Shown: in pieces, positions 1 to 11,990 of the stretch
Numbering within the stretch: the first letter of the stretch is position 1
Layout of the letters: every line of letters starts with the position of its first letter
Assembly: GCA_951406725.2 (NCBI GenBank)
Contig: OX597823.1
Span: 88,722,001-88,786,000 of the forward strand
DNA length: 64,000 nucleotides
Source of the DNA: Octopus vulgaris
Lineage: Eukaryota
Direction of reading: 5' to 3'
The notes under the pieces: generated by a model
Database searches by the model: none
What the model was told of the DNA's origin: nothing
What the model saw: only the letters and a program-made list of their open reading frames with translations
Program-made: the position numbers and the translations under genes

Positions 1-562
1 TACATGTATGTATGTATGTATGTATAAGAATATGTACGTATATATATATATATATATATACATACACATATATTCATACATATGTCTGTAATTATGTATT
101 TGCTATATACATTTATATATATATGCGTGTGTGCGCATATCCGTTTATTCAGTTAGCTGCGTATTTCATGTGCGTATATGTGCGTGTATGTACATACACA
201 TCTGTTGAGTTAGTTACATAATAAACGAGCGTATTTATAGAACTCCACATCAGAGCGTCATTTCCCTTCAGCTATTCCGTCTAGTGATACTAAGAGAACA
301 CTCCCTAACCTCCCCCCCCCCCCTCAGCCTGAGATTGCTGTAGACATTTTAACACTCACTTCACCTGACTTTCACTGTTTCAATCAAAATAGTTATCTCT
401 GCGTTTACTAAAACATTCCTTTCTCTCTTTTCATCATTTTATCATCCTCCTTTTATCATTACTCTGTCATTCAACAGACAAATACAGAGTCACCTCTCCC
501 CCATTTCTCTCTCTCTTCCTTTCTATCTCTTGTCTTTCTTTCCTCACACACTTATGTCTCTG

Positions 563-1059
563 TATAATATATATAAATATATATATATTTATATATATAT
601 ACATACATACAGACAAAGATATATGTACACACACATACACACACATATATATACATACACAGAGACATATAGATATATATATATATACATATACACACGC
701 ATATATATACATGCATATATACACATGCATATATATATACATATAAATATATATATATATATACATATAAATATATATATATATATACATATAAATATAT
801 ATATATATAAACATATAAATATATATATACATATAAATATATATATATACATATAAATATATATATATACATATAAATATATATATATATACATATAAAT
901 ATATATATATAATATATAAATATATATATACATATAAATATATATATATTTATACATATAAATTTATATATATACATATAAATATATATATATATACATA
1001 TAAATATATATATATATGCATATAAATATATATATATACATATAAATATATATATATAC

Positions 1060-1097
<38 letters not shown>

Positions 1098-1106
1098 TAT
1101 ATATAC

Positions 1107-1137
<31 letters not shown>

Positions 1138-1146
1138 AATATATAT
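563..1146. repeat. TA-rich minisatellite, unit about ATATATATATACATATAA
   Basis: Many tandem copies of 'acatataaatatatatat'; the overlapping ORFs are poly-(YI) artefacts. Confidence 0.95.
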
Positions 1147-1194
1147 AAGTAAATTTTCCATGTTAACGGTAAACAAAGGATAATTCATTCATCT

Positions 1195-1196
<2 letters not shown>

Positions 1197-1291
<95 letters not shown>
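1197..1291. repeat. (AC)n-(AT)n compound microsatellite
   Basis: Direct inspection. Confidence 0.95.
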
Positions 1292-1292
<1 letters not shown>

Positions 1293-1897
1293 GTATGAAT
1301 GTAAGTATAAGCGTGTCTTTGTACTCACGAGTGGAGTAGATTATTTATATTTTATAAAAAACCGGTTGATTATCTTCTCTGTTTGCTACAAGGAGATTCA
1401 TTCACACAAATCTAGTTGTGCTCTCGATTACGAAACAATCAATTCATTAACCTTTATGATTATTATTGTGCATAAGCGGCTTTTCCACATTAGCTTCCCT
1501 GTCTTCACTGCCTTTCATACCGCAGATTCTGATCTAAGGAATATTGGCATAGCATTTTCTCTATATCCGAACCAATTCGTCGAAATTCTTACGTATCGTA
1601 ATGTCGGTTTTCTGGCAGAAGCCCTGAGGTATTGGAAGAATGTGTTTCGATACTTATTCCTCATTCAATCTACATTGTTCCTGTATATCTTTAGTGAATT
1701 TAGACAGCTTTTGACAGTCGCTTCAAAGTTTGAGTGAGTCTAATGTAAAATAGAAACAATGGTTGTCAAGAAACTGTTATTTCCAATTTTTGTTAATGGA
1801 GGCTATATTTATGGAAAGCAGTGCAGTGTATTTCAAATGAGTATTTCTTAGGTCGCTTCAACTTTATTATATAATAAAGCAGGAAGACAAAACAACA

Positions 1898-2072
1898 AAC
1901 TGGCAGAATTGTTAGCACTTCGAAGAAAAATGCTTAGCGGCCTTTTCTTCTGACTTTTTTCATTCTAAGTTCAAATTCTGTCGATGTCAGCTCTGCTTTT
2001 CATACTTACAGGTTTGATAAACTAAACAAGCAGTCAAGTACTGGGGTCGATTTAATCAACTTGTCCCCTTCC
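1898..2072 (+). mobile_element. Degenerate tRNA-derived SINE, family A (core gcctttcatcctttcggggtcgataaa)
   Basis: ctggcagaattgttagcac...aagttcaaattc...tactggggtcgat aligns to better copies at 27533, 34893 and 39535. Confidence 0.8.
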
Positions 2073-2149
2073 ATTATGGGGAATTGTGTTATTTCCGAAA
2101 ACTGAGAAGCCAGCTCTAAAAACTCGAGGGCGCAAAGTAATTTTTTCTA

Positions 2150-2392
2150 AGAATCAGGAAGGCGGAACAACCTGTTGATGAAATTAACGTGCACGTGGGT
2201 ATGCACACCTCAGACACGCGTGCTCTCAACGTGGTTTTCAGGGAGATATAGTTTGACAAGACTGGCCCTTTGAATTGCAGGTACATCTCATTTTTGCTAG
2301 CTGAGTAGACTGGAGCAAGGACGCAACGTGCCGCCATGCATCGAACTCACGACTTTACAACCGCGAGCCGAATATCCTAACCACTGAACCAG
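2150..2392 (-). mobile_element. tRNA-derived SINE, family C (CORE-like centre plus tail Q)
   Basis: Reverse strand has an agtggttagg A-box head, then ctcagctagcaaaaatgag, then a tail shared with 27965-28280 and 60420-60610. Confidence 0.7.
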
Positions 2393-2519
2393 AACAAATA
2401 ATAAACCAGAAAGGTCAGTATGTAGAAGTTACTGGAAGAATAATCTTTTTAATTTTTTAATGGCTAAAACTACATTCGTAAGAACGGAAAGAAATCTTCA
2501 TCTGAAAAGACACAACATA

Positions 2520-2950
2520 GCATCTACAATTGGGGCAATAAACTATTGTACTAAGCCAACTATCCTCTACGAGCGGAACCTTGGATAATGTACAATGCAG
2601 GGGAAAAGAAAAGATTGATGCTTTTGAGATGCAGACCTCGTGCAGATTGGACAAAATATGCTGGAAGGACATTATAGCAGATATCGCATAAATAAAAAAA
2701 AAAAAGCTCAAGTCCAAAACTCAATTGTCGAGAATCAAGTTCACAAAGCTATCATATTTAGAAAAAATATGCGCCATATGTCATAACCGAAAAACCATCC
2801 TGACAGAAAGGATGGCGAGGAAGAGAGCAAGAGAAGGTGAAGGACGTTTGTGGAATGTTGACATCAAAGAATGAATGGAGAACAAGAGCTTCTATGATTG
2901 AATGCATGCAAGCACAACACAGACGGCAAAAGTGTCTTGGAAATCCGACC
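2520..2950 (+). pseudogene. Decayed RTE-clade LINE, C-terminal ORF fragment
   Basis: Frameshifted translation ..KIDAFEMQTSCRLDKICWKD..KLSYL..KTILTERMARKRAR..WNVDIKE resembles the RTE RT C-terminus (IDAFEMWCYRRMLRISW). Confidence 0.7.
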
Positions 2951-4312
2951 CGGACGAAAGAAGATCGATCGCTGCTGGTAAATGAATTGAAATAAGCGAG
3001 TCTGATTTTGGAACAAAGCTAACGCCTTAGGGTTTTTCTGATAGGCAAAGTTAACATTGGCTATGTTTGAAATGAGAACGACGACAGCCGTAACTAAATA
3101 CTGTTAGGCATTTTGTCCGTTCTGTCTACGATTCAACGAATCCACAAACCTATCCTTACCTTAGACGATATCTAATTATACAATGTCGAGACAGCGTGTA
3201 CACTGTAAACGAACCAGATGGTTTAATTGCATAATTTCAGCTGCCGTTGGTGTTGTTGCTAAAGCTGCTGTTACTTGTTCTTCGTGATAGACGATCAAAG
3301 ACAAATTATTCCTTTTCAGTAAATTATATCACTACAACTGCAGACGACATTAAAGAGTCTCGATTTTGTTTTTGTTGGTTTGACTGTCATTGATGTTGTT
3401 GTTCGATACTCGATTTCAGACATGGCAAAGTAAACCTATGAGTAATGACAATCCACGCATGACCACAAAGTCTATTTGGAGATAATATTTTATCCAACGT
3501 GCTTTTTCTCCACTGTAAGTCAATATGATGGGATTTACAGAATATTTAACTGCTATTACAAGCAGAGCCAGCTATAACACAGAACAATGCAGAGAAATAC
3601 CTCGTGAGTTAGTGGTTCGACGAAACCGATCTATAGGATAAACACCATCCTTTTATAATAAGCATTGGGTTGATTTGCTGCACTAAACGCTGCAAGGCAG
3701 TGCCTCACATGTTTGCAGTCCAAAAAGTGAAGCAAGAATACGCAGACGAAATTTGAATGCTATTTTCAGCAAATCAAGCATCTGCACAAAGCAGGGTAGA
3801 AAAATATCTGAAATGAAAAATCGAAATTCGGTTGCTGTTGTTAACAGTTTGAGCACCTGCACAAAGCAGGGTAGAAGAATACCTCAAACGTAGAAAAAAA
3901 TTTGACTGCCCCGTCCGGTAAATCAAGCGGCCTCACAGAGCATTGCTCAGAAATAACGCAGATGCAGACGAAATTTTGCCCCATGTAAATATAAGAAGCT
4001 CTATGCAGTTAAAGTCTTTAAAATATTAGAAAACTTAAAGAAAAATGAATTTGTAAAATTAATCCATATGAATTTGTAAAATTAAAAAGTCAATAGTTTT
4101 CTCAGCGCAGATGCATAAGTTATTACGCACTGGCAATTAGCCTCTCAGACTTAAAGTATTCCACAACCCTCATGTCCATAGATGCTCGGTTATTGGCTTC
4201 GAGCCATGTTCTTTTTAACTCTTAAGATTTAATTTTTAAAACATAATTTCCATAAATATAGCACCATGTCAAAAATGTATGAAAACTTTTTGAAAGTATT
4301 TCTGGACAAACT

Positions 4313-4704
4313 CTTTTACTTTTCTCAGTCATTTGACTGTGGCCATGCTGGAGCACCGCCTTTAGTCGAGCGAATAGATCCCACGACTTATTATTTGTAA
4401 GCCTAGTACTTTCTCTATCGGTATCTTTTGCCGAACCGCTAAGTTACGGGGACGTAAACACACCAGCATCGGTTATCAAGCGATGTTGGGGGGACAAACA
4501 CAGACACACAAACATGTACACACACACATACATAAATATACATATATACGACGGGCTTCTTTCAGTTTTCGTCTACCAAAACCACTCACAAGGCCCGAGG
4601 CTATAATAGAAGATACCTGCCCAAGCTGCCACGCAGAGGGACTGAACCCGGAACCATGGGGTTGGTAATCAAGTTACTTACCACACAGCCACCCCTGCGC
4701 CTAT
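4313..4704 (-). mobile_element. tRNA-derived SINE, family B (CORE-like, internal (CA)/(TA) tract, LINE-like tail)
   Basis: Reverse strand head ggcgcagg..tggctgtgtggtaag..ccgggttcagtccc; tail ggcggtgctccagcatggccacagtcaaatgactga. Confidence 0.92.
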
Positions 4705-5078
4705 AGGCATATGTGCAAATGATTTTCGTTTTGCCTCATAATTCAAGGAGAGAACAGGTGTTATGCTTTATATAAGAGTTGATAGAAATGCATATTTTTC
4801 CACTTTGCACAGCAATGAGCTAACGATATATATAATTGCACACACACACACACACACACACGCATATATATGTGAATACTTATACACACACACGTATATA
4901 TACTTATATATATATGTTTGCATGTGAGTGTGTTTGTGCATATGCGCGCGTGTGTGTGTGTATGCATGTGTATGAGCAAATATGTATATTTGAGTGAGTC
5001 AAACAGCAATGAAATCTTCAGGATACTGCAGACACTCATTTAAAAGCCAGAACAAATACATTCAGGGAAATAAAACAT

Positions 5079-5247
5079 AGACGCAGGAGTGGCTGTGTGG
5101 TAAGCACTTCGCTTACCAACCACATGATTTCGGGTTCGGTTCGACTGCACATGGCAACTTGAGTAAATGTCTTCTACTATAGCCGCAGGCCGAACAAATC
5201 CTTGTGGGTGGATTCGGTAGAGGTAAACTTAAAGAAACCTGACGTAA

Positions 5248-5286
<39 letters not shown>

Positions 5287-5468
5287 TGTGCTTGTCCCCC
5301 CAGCGTTGCTTGTTGGTGTGTTTACGTCCCCATGAGTTAGCGGTTCGGCAAAAGAAACCAATAGAATAAGTACCAGGCTTACAAAGATTAAGTCGTGGGG
5401 TCCGTTTGTTCGACTAAAGGCGATGCTCCAGCATGGCCACAGTGAAATGACAGAAACAAATAAACAAC
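5079..5468 (+). mobile_element. SINE family B
   Basis: gacgcaggagtggctgtgtggtaag head, internal (TG)n, tail ggcgatgctccagcatggccacag. Confidence 0.92.
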
Positions 5469-6027
5469 AAAAGAATATGATGGCCCCTAAGCCTAACAAA
5501 ATGCCGGTTGGTCAGAATACGTTTGCTCTGCCGGAGCAGAGAAGGAAGAACAGCAACTCCAGTTATTGTTTTCTTTTCACAATCTATTTGCGAAACTATT
5601 TTAATCGCCATATTTTCGTTTCCATGGCTATTTGTATATAAATTATTTTTCTCTAAATGCCTCTAACAGTTGCCTTGACTATAATTACTGTTAAACACTT
5701 CTTTCTCTCGATATATCAAAGCTGTCTGCCTTTCTATCCATCCATTCATTTCTATCTTCGTAAAGTTTGGCATCGGGCCATTCTATCCATATTCATACCC
5801 TTCTCACTCCGTATCTAACTGTTTATTCAGCCATCTAACACAACAGATATCTCGGCTGTTTATCTACTTATCTCATATCCTAACTTAGTGTTTTATCGTA
5901 TCTATCTAAGCCGCTCTTTTTTTCTTTCGTTTTGTTGTCTCTGTCTCCCTTACTTTTCCTCTCAATAGGTATATATATATATCCATCATCTAGGTAACTC
6001 ATCACTGCTTTTTCCTCTCCCTCTCCA

Positions 6028-6130
<103 letters not shown>

Positions 6131-6179
6131 TTGTATATATATATATATGTGTGTATATATATATATATATGTATGTATG

Positions 6180-6500
6180 CATGAGACAGTCGACCTGCGT
6201 CTAATTCACATTTACGCTTCAAGACAAAGTGAAAGACAATCTGAAGCGATGAAACATTTGCTTTTCTTCCTAGAAAACAAAGCATCAGAACTCAAGACAT
6301 AGCGCGAGTCCTGCTTCTCCATAGTTCAAAAGTTTGAGCCACGTCGACTCCAGCAACGTGACAAACTTCGTGCAAGCATGAAGGCACACTGTCAAAACGC
6401 TGCTCCTCTAAATGGAAGCCTTACTTGTCGTTGTGGTTCTGTCGCACGGAGCAAAACAGGACTTGCCGTCTAGTAGAGAAGACACATAGGAAATGAGATT
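6180..6500 (+). pseudogene. Decayed RTE (BovB-like) LINE 3' coding fragment
   Basis: Translation ..HLRFKDKVKDNLKR..VQKFEPRRLQQRDKLRA..LTCRCGSVARSKTGLAV, matching the RTE C-terminus with a C2H2-like end. Confidence 0.65.
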
Positions 6501-6679
6501 CAGAAACACCCAAGCTAACTGAATCCTCAACTTGTTCCATTTGTCAAAAGGTTTGCAAGGCATCATCTGGCTTCAAGAGATATATCTGTGTCCATGGAAG
6601 ATTATCAACACTTTATTTTACCGAACCTCCATATGTATACATATATATGATCAACACTATTTTACCGAACTTTCATATG

Positions 6680-6717
<38 letters not shown>

Positions 6718-6726
6718 TTCATAATA

Positions 6727-8013
6727 CTGGGTCATCCCTTATATAATGCGGTTTTGCTATACTTATTTTATTTCTCAAAATTAAGGTAAACAAAGATCTT
6801 TTTTTAATCTAAAATATATTGTCCTTCATTTTCTAAAATGCTCTTCCATCTATCTGGTAGATTTGCAAGACCCTTCTTCCAAAATTCACTTGTCCGTGAC
6901 GAAAGATATTCCTCCAGTACTGATCTGACCTCGTCTACAGAATTCAATACTCCTCCAGTACTGTTCGGATCTCGTCTACAGAATTCATATTTTTCCCGTC
7001 CAAACGATGTTGAAGACTCCGGAATAAATGATAATCAGTTGGGGCAATGTCCAGTGAATATGATGGGAGGGGCATCGTTTACCATTCAAACTACTCCAGC
7101 GTTTAGAATGTCATCCTCGCTGTATGTGGTCGAACATTATCCTAATGGAAGATCACCTATCGTCTTGAAACCAAAGATGGTCGTTTTTCTTCTAGCGCTG
7201 ACTTAAGCCGCTGGTTTTAAGAGTTCAGTGTGGACTAAACCGTTCATATCCCACCAAACAGATAGCAACACCTTAAGTGGGTGAAGACCTTTACTCTGGG
7301 TTGCCGGTGGTTCTCCTTTCACTACCCACTTAGACACTTGACATTTTTATGGAGAACCCATTTCCTATCACATAGTCCCTCTTCGGTCCATAAAAGGTTC
7401 ATTCGTGAGACTTGACAGCAAAGAAGAGCACACATTCAGTCTCTGCGAGCGATCAGACTCGGAAAGTTTATGAGGAACCCATTGACCCAATTTGTTGATT
7501 TTTTTCCGACGACATGGAGGTGTCAATGAATTGTTGAATGATCAAATCCAAGCTTCTCTTCTAGTTTCTCAACAGGAAAAATGGGATTTTATTCCACCAG
7601 GATTTGCAGGACATCCTCGACGAGCTCTGCAGATCTTCCAGGATGAGGCTTGCCTTCTAAGCTGTAGTTCCTGCCTCGGAGTTTCTGAATCCACCGTTGA
7701 CACTGACTCACGTTTATCGTCTGATCCCTATATACTACATTAATATTCCCCGCACTTTCCGTTCCCGCTTTGTTGCCTTTATTGAACTCATAAAGCAAAA
7801 TATGCCGAATATGCTCCTTTGTCATTTCCATTATAGCTTTGAAAAAATAACTTAAAATCGGCTCTGCACTCTTCAAAACTTACACTAAGAATAAGGACAA
7901 GGTAAATGACAACCTGCTTTTATAGCCAGTTGATGCAGGTAGTTTATCCCGTCTACCTCCGACTTTTAGTTCATGCAATTGAAAACTCCCGCATTATTTA
8001 TGACATGAACCAA
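6727..8013 (-). mobile_element. Near full-length (1.29 kb) degenerate mariner transposon
   Basis: TA + ctgggtcatcccttatataatgcgg ... ccgcattatttatgacatgaaccaa + TA TIRs; disrupted transposase (7589-7876: EHIRHILLYEFNKGNKA..QCQRW); internal 41-bp tandem duplication at 6910-6990. Confidence 0.93.
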
Positions 8014-8369
8014 TATTTTAATGAATAAAAAATGGACAACTTTCTTGTTAATTATAGCGCAAATAACGTTCTCTCTCATTGATTTGTCTGTTGGGCAATA
8101 AGGAACACTTGAATTAGTTAACATTATGGTATTTCAGGAGGCGACAAAAGGGGATCGTTAGTTGACATGTCTAATGTCATAGAATCAACAATTTTGTCGA
8201 ATTTGCAGTCATTTTCGCATCAGATAGAACGACTGGTCATATTTGTTCCGGTGTAGTTTTTATCAGATATCAATTATTCCAAGCTATCTATCGGTTATCT
8301 AAATTCGAATTAGTTACCTGCCTTCTCATCCAAAAACATCATTAATTTACAAGAACACCTTTTCACAGA

Positions 8370-8555
8370 GTGCTGCTAGTTCTGCTGCTGCTGCTATTAC
8401 TACTACTACGACGACGACGCCGACTACTACTACTTCTACTACTACTACTACTGCTGCTGCTGCTGTTTCTCATTCTGCTGTTGTTGCTGCTGCTGCTACT
8501 ATTACTACTACTACCAACCCCACCACCATTACTAGCCTCTCTACTACTATTACTA
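8370..8555. repeat. (CTA)n/(CTG)n trinucleotide tract
   Basis: Direct inspection; the poly-Leu ORF is an artefact. Confidence 0.9.
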
Positions 8556-9049
8556 TATATATGTACATTCCTGTTTCTTCTCCGTCTCTCGCTGATACAT
8601 AAATAATACTTATAATTATAGTTATAACTACGAAAGAAACATCAACACATGTCCATAGGCGGTGTTCAGTTAAAAAAGTAAACGCTGAAAAAACAGAGCC
8701 GTAACAAAACCAACCAAAAGTGGAAGAGCAAAATACCAGGACCTAATTATTGAATTAAAAACTATAGAAAGTGTGGATAAAATGTATCTCAGTAGTTATA
8801 CATGCATTGAGAACTATCCCTAAATATCTGAACAGATGAATAGAGGAAACAAGCATAAAACCCAGTTTAGTACAGCTCCAGATAACAGTGTTATAAGGGA
8901 GAGTTCTTGGCATCTAAGTTTAATTGTTGTAGCCCGATAGGATGGTTCTTGGCATCTATGTTTACTTGTAGCCTGATGTTGGGATCTTTTTTTCTTTTCC
9001 AACAGTCTAATCTGTTGAGTGTATATGAAAATAATAGTGATAATCATTG

Positions 9050-9207
9050 TGCTGTCATGGGCACAAGACGTAAAATTTGGCGTGAGGGGGTAATCGATAA
9101 CATCGAACCCAGTGTTCAACAGGTACTTATTTCATCGACCCTCATAAGAATGGAATGCGAACTAAACCTCGGCGGAATATGACTACTACTACTACTACTA
9201 CTACTAC

Positions 9208-9248
<41 letters not shown>
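9050..9248 (-). mobile_element. SINE family A fragment followed by (CTA)n(TAA)n
   Basis: atcgaacccagtgttcaacaggtacttatttcatcgaccc...cctcggcggaat. Confidence 0.7.
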
Positions 9249-9841
9249 GGAAGGGGCAGTCTGGCTAGTTTATGTTCATACTAAAGAGACATTTGAAATA
9301 CTCTGTATATGTAATACTATTAATTTACGTCTTCAACTTTAAATATCTATTTTTAATTTCAGTGTTTATAGCAAATAGTACACTCTTTATTAAAGCAAGT
9401 TTAATATATAACTAACTTTTATTATGGTTAACAGTCCCTTTGCTTATCATTTCAAACGGCGCACCGCTTCTTAACAGTAATCACTTTGTTTGTTATTTAA
9501 GTCCACCAGTCTATCCCATGATCAAAAGAGTTGACAACAAAAGCGGTGGTTTCCACTAATTGATTGTTGACGTTATAAAGGCTGATGGATCACTAGTAAA
9601 TTTAAGATAGACTAAACAACTTGAAGGCAACAAACATTTTAGCATTTCGTGTGGCTGATAAAATGTATCTTCTCTTTGTGACACTGCAAGGCGACTTCAT
9701 AATACAAATTTAATTAGATATCCCAGGATATGGCAGTGTAGAATCAGGTATTGGAAAGCTTCAGAAATTGTTCAAGAATTTGTATGCATGAAAGTAATTT
9801 ATATTTATATATATATATATATTTATATATGTGTGTGTATA

Positions 9842-9998
9842 CTAGCACAATACCCGTCGTTGATCGGATAATTACTTTTACTATTTCTCGGGCCAAGAAA
9901 CTTGGAAAATGGGTATGTCATATAGAAGAATAGCTTTACGGAATCCACTTGACTTCGTTTTTTGATGGTCTTTTTATTGGAGACATTTTTTTAATAGA
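9842..9998 (-). mobile_element. Short non-autonomous Helitron-like element
   Basis: Reverse strand ends ccgatcaacgacgggtattgtgCTAG|T (hairpin plus CTAG) and starts at a candidate A|TC. Confidence 0.55.
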
Positions 9999-10031
9999 TA
10001 TATCAATAAGTAATAGTGAAATAAAATGAAA

Positions 10032-10081
10032 TTGCGCGTGTATACTCGGGCACGCATGCGTGCCCGAGTATACACGCGCAA
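10032..10081. repeat. Perfect 50-bp palindrome with no spacer
   Basis: ttgcgcgtgtatactcgggcacgca|tgcgtgcccgagtatacacgcgcaa. Confidence 0.97.
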
Positions 10082-10249
10082 AACAAGCGTTGGGGTTGCT
10101 AAGCATTGGTTATTGATAAATGGCGGTCCCGTACATGGGGTTGGCTTGTAGCGGTGACCTTTGTGCAGGTGCTGCAGAGTAACAGCTGGTGCTAAGGTGG
10201 TATATATGGGCTGTCAGCAGTCAGAGTCCTGAAAGTTGCCAGAAGGGCA

Positions 10250-10730
10250 TATATCAGGTGACAGCAATATAATAAATCATATTTCTTATTCACGAATACT
10301 GCGGGTTGTTGGAGGATAAGCAGTTTTCGCGGAGGCAGAGCTAGCTGTTGGTGGGGAGGGTGGGTGAATATAACGGCGCTCTATGGACAATAGTGGACAC
10401 TGAGTATTTCCTCTCGGAGATCATGGAATCTTCAGAGAAAATGAGATAGGGAAGGTCTCTCTGTCTCTAGATCTGAACGAGTGCATATGCTGGGAATATC
10501 TTTCCTTGAAATCATTAGCTGACATACCCGTATAGTGGCTACTGATGTCATCGGATGGTGTACGGGTGGATCTGTATACTACATCCCTTGAAAGACAAGA
10601 TCCTTCGTGAGGGCACATGGTGGGGTTTGGCCATTATAGGTCGGGTGTTGGGGTAGAGTGGGTGCATTTTTACATCTGGTGATGCGTCGATGATGTCTAC
10701 ACAGGAGTAGCTCACCATGACATTATAGGG
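10250..10730 (-). pseudogene. Penelope-like element, GIY-YIG endonuclease fragment
   Basis: ORF 10421-10618 CPHEGSCLSRDVVYRS..HYTGMSANDFKERYSQHMHSFR fits the PLE motif CPL.G.CL..NVIY..YIG.T...FK.R...H..SF. Confidence 0.8.
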
Positions 10731-11113
10731 GTTTATGTGTGTGTGTATATGTGTGTGTGCGCGCGCAAACGTTCGGGTGCGCGGTCATGTACAGATGCGC
10801 ACACTCGCATCAATATGCACATGCACGCAAAACGATATGAACATATCTGCACACCCACATATAAAAGTATATACTTGCACATGCCGTCCCTTCCTACTTT
10901 CCCCACCATCCAACAACTTGACCGATTTCCAATGGCCACTTGCTCTATTTCCTGTCCTCCTCGTGATAAGTTTCATGCTCACTATGCTGTATTTTTCAGC
11001 TAACTCTTACCGATATACCAATATCAAACCACGATACCGTCTGAGCTTCCTCGGCCATCGCAGTACACGTTACGGTAATAGCAATCAACTTCTGTCATTG
11101 AAATTCGAAATGG

Positions 11114-11148
11114 CTGACGACTAGCCTCACGCTTGAAACTCGAGAGTA
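11114..11148 (+). ncRNA. Hammerhead-ribozyme-like motif in a Penelope-like terminal repeat
   Basis: CTGACGA-ctagcctcacgctt-GAAA-CTCgaGAG-TA (GUA triplet); stem I is poor. Confidence 0.5.
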
Positions 11149-11771
11149 GCAACGAATATTAAACTGTCTTGATTCATACATGTAACTCCCAATAAACTGG
11201 TTGAGTGCCTTTCTTTCATTTGTCCACTCACTCGTGTGTGTGAGTGTGTGTAGCTATGTCTGCGCCGCTGTGTCTTTGTAGGTAGATATACATATATATT
11301 TGTACGTCTCTTAATAACGACGGCACCGTCAAAAAATACGATGTATATTCATCATTTTTAGACTTGTAACACAAACGCACGCACGCACACACATGCACAA
11401 AGACACACACACACGCATGCACGCATACCCACATATGTATATACGCAGAAACACATACATATGACTAGCCTTTCGGACTCATATGTCACCTGAAATCGCA
11501 GACGCCATCTTGACTGGTCATAACTAAAGTTATGATGGTTTCATTTCCATGCAATTCTCTCATCCCATCACATATATTTCACTTCAATTTCCCTCACTTT
11601 CCAATTGCACAGTTTTAGTACGACCATCAAACCGCTTTACGTGTGAATGAGTTTGTGCATGTGTTCGTGCGCATGCGCATGTGATGCATGTATGTGTTTG
11701 TATATGTGTGTGTGTATAACATATATATTCATATATTCCAATATGTGAATTCGATATTACTCGCAAGACCG

Positions 11772-11990
11772 TAAAGTGGTGAGTTGGCAGAATCGTTAAG
11801 GTGCGGAACAAAGTACTTAGCGGCATTTCATCCGTCTTTACGTTCCGTGTTCAAATTCCTCCGCAGTCGACTTTGCCTTTCATCCTTTCGGGGTTGATAA
11901 AATAAGTACCAGTTGAGCACTGGGGTTCCTGTAATCGATCTAACCTCTCGTCCGAAATTGCAAGCCTTGTGCCAAAATTTGAAACCAATA
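11772..11990 (+). mobile_element. SINE family A
   Basis: gtgagttggcagaatcgttaag...gcctttcatcctttcggggttgataaaataagtaccag. Confidence 0.88.

Noticed and set aside
12-1188. ORFs rich in YI, CV, HT or IYLS here and throughout the window
   Set aside because: They are translations of microsatellites, not genes
8900-8985. Two direct repeats of about 42 bp (gttcttggcatcta..tgtagcc)
   Set aside because: Simple local tandem duplication; no spacer structure or cas genes, so not CRISPR
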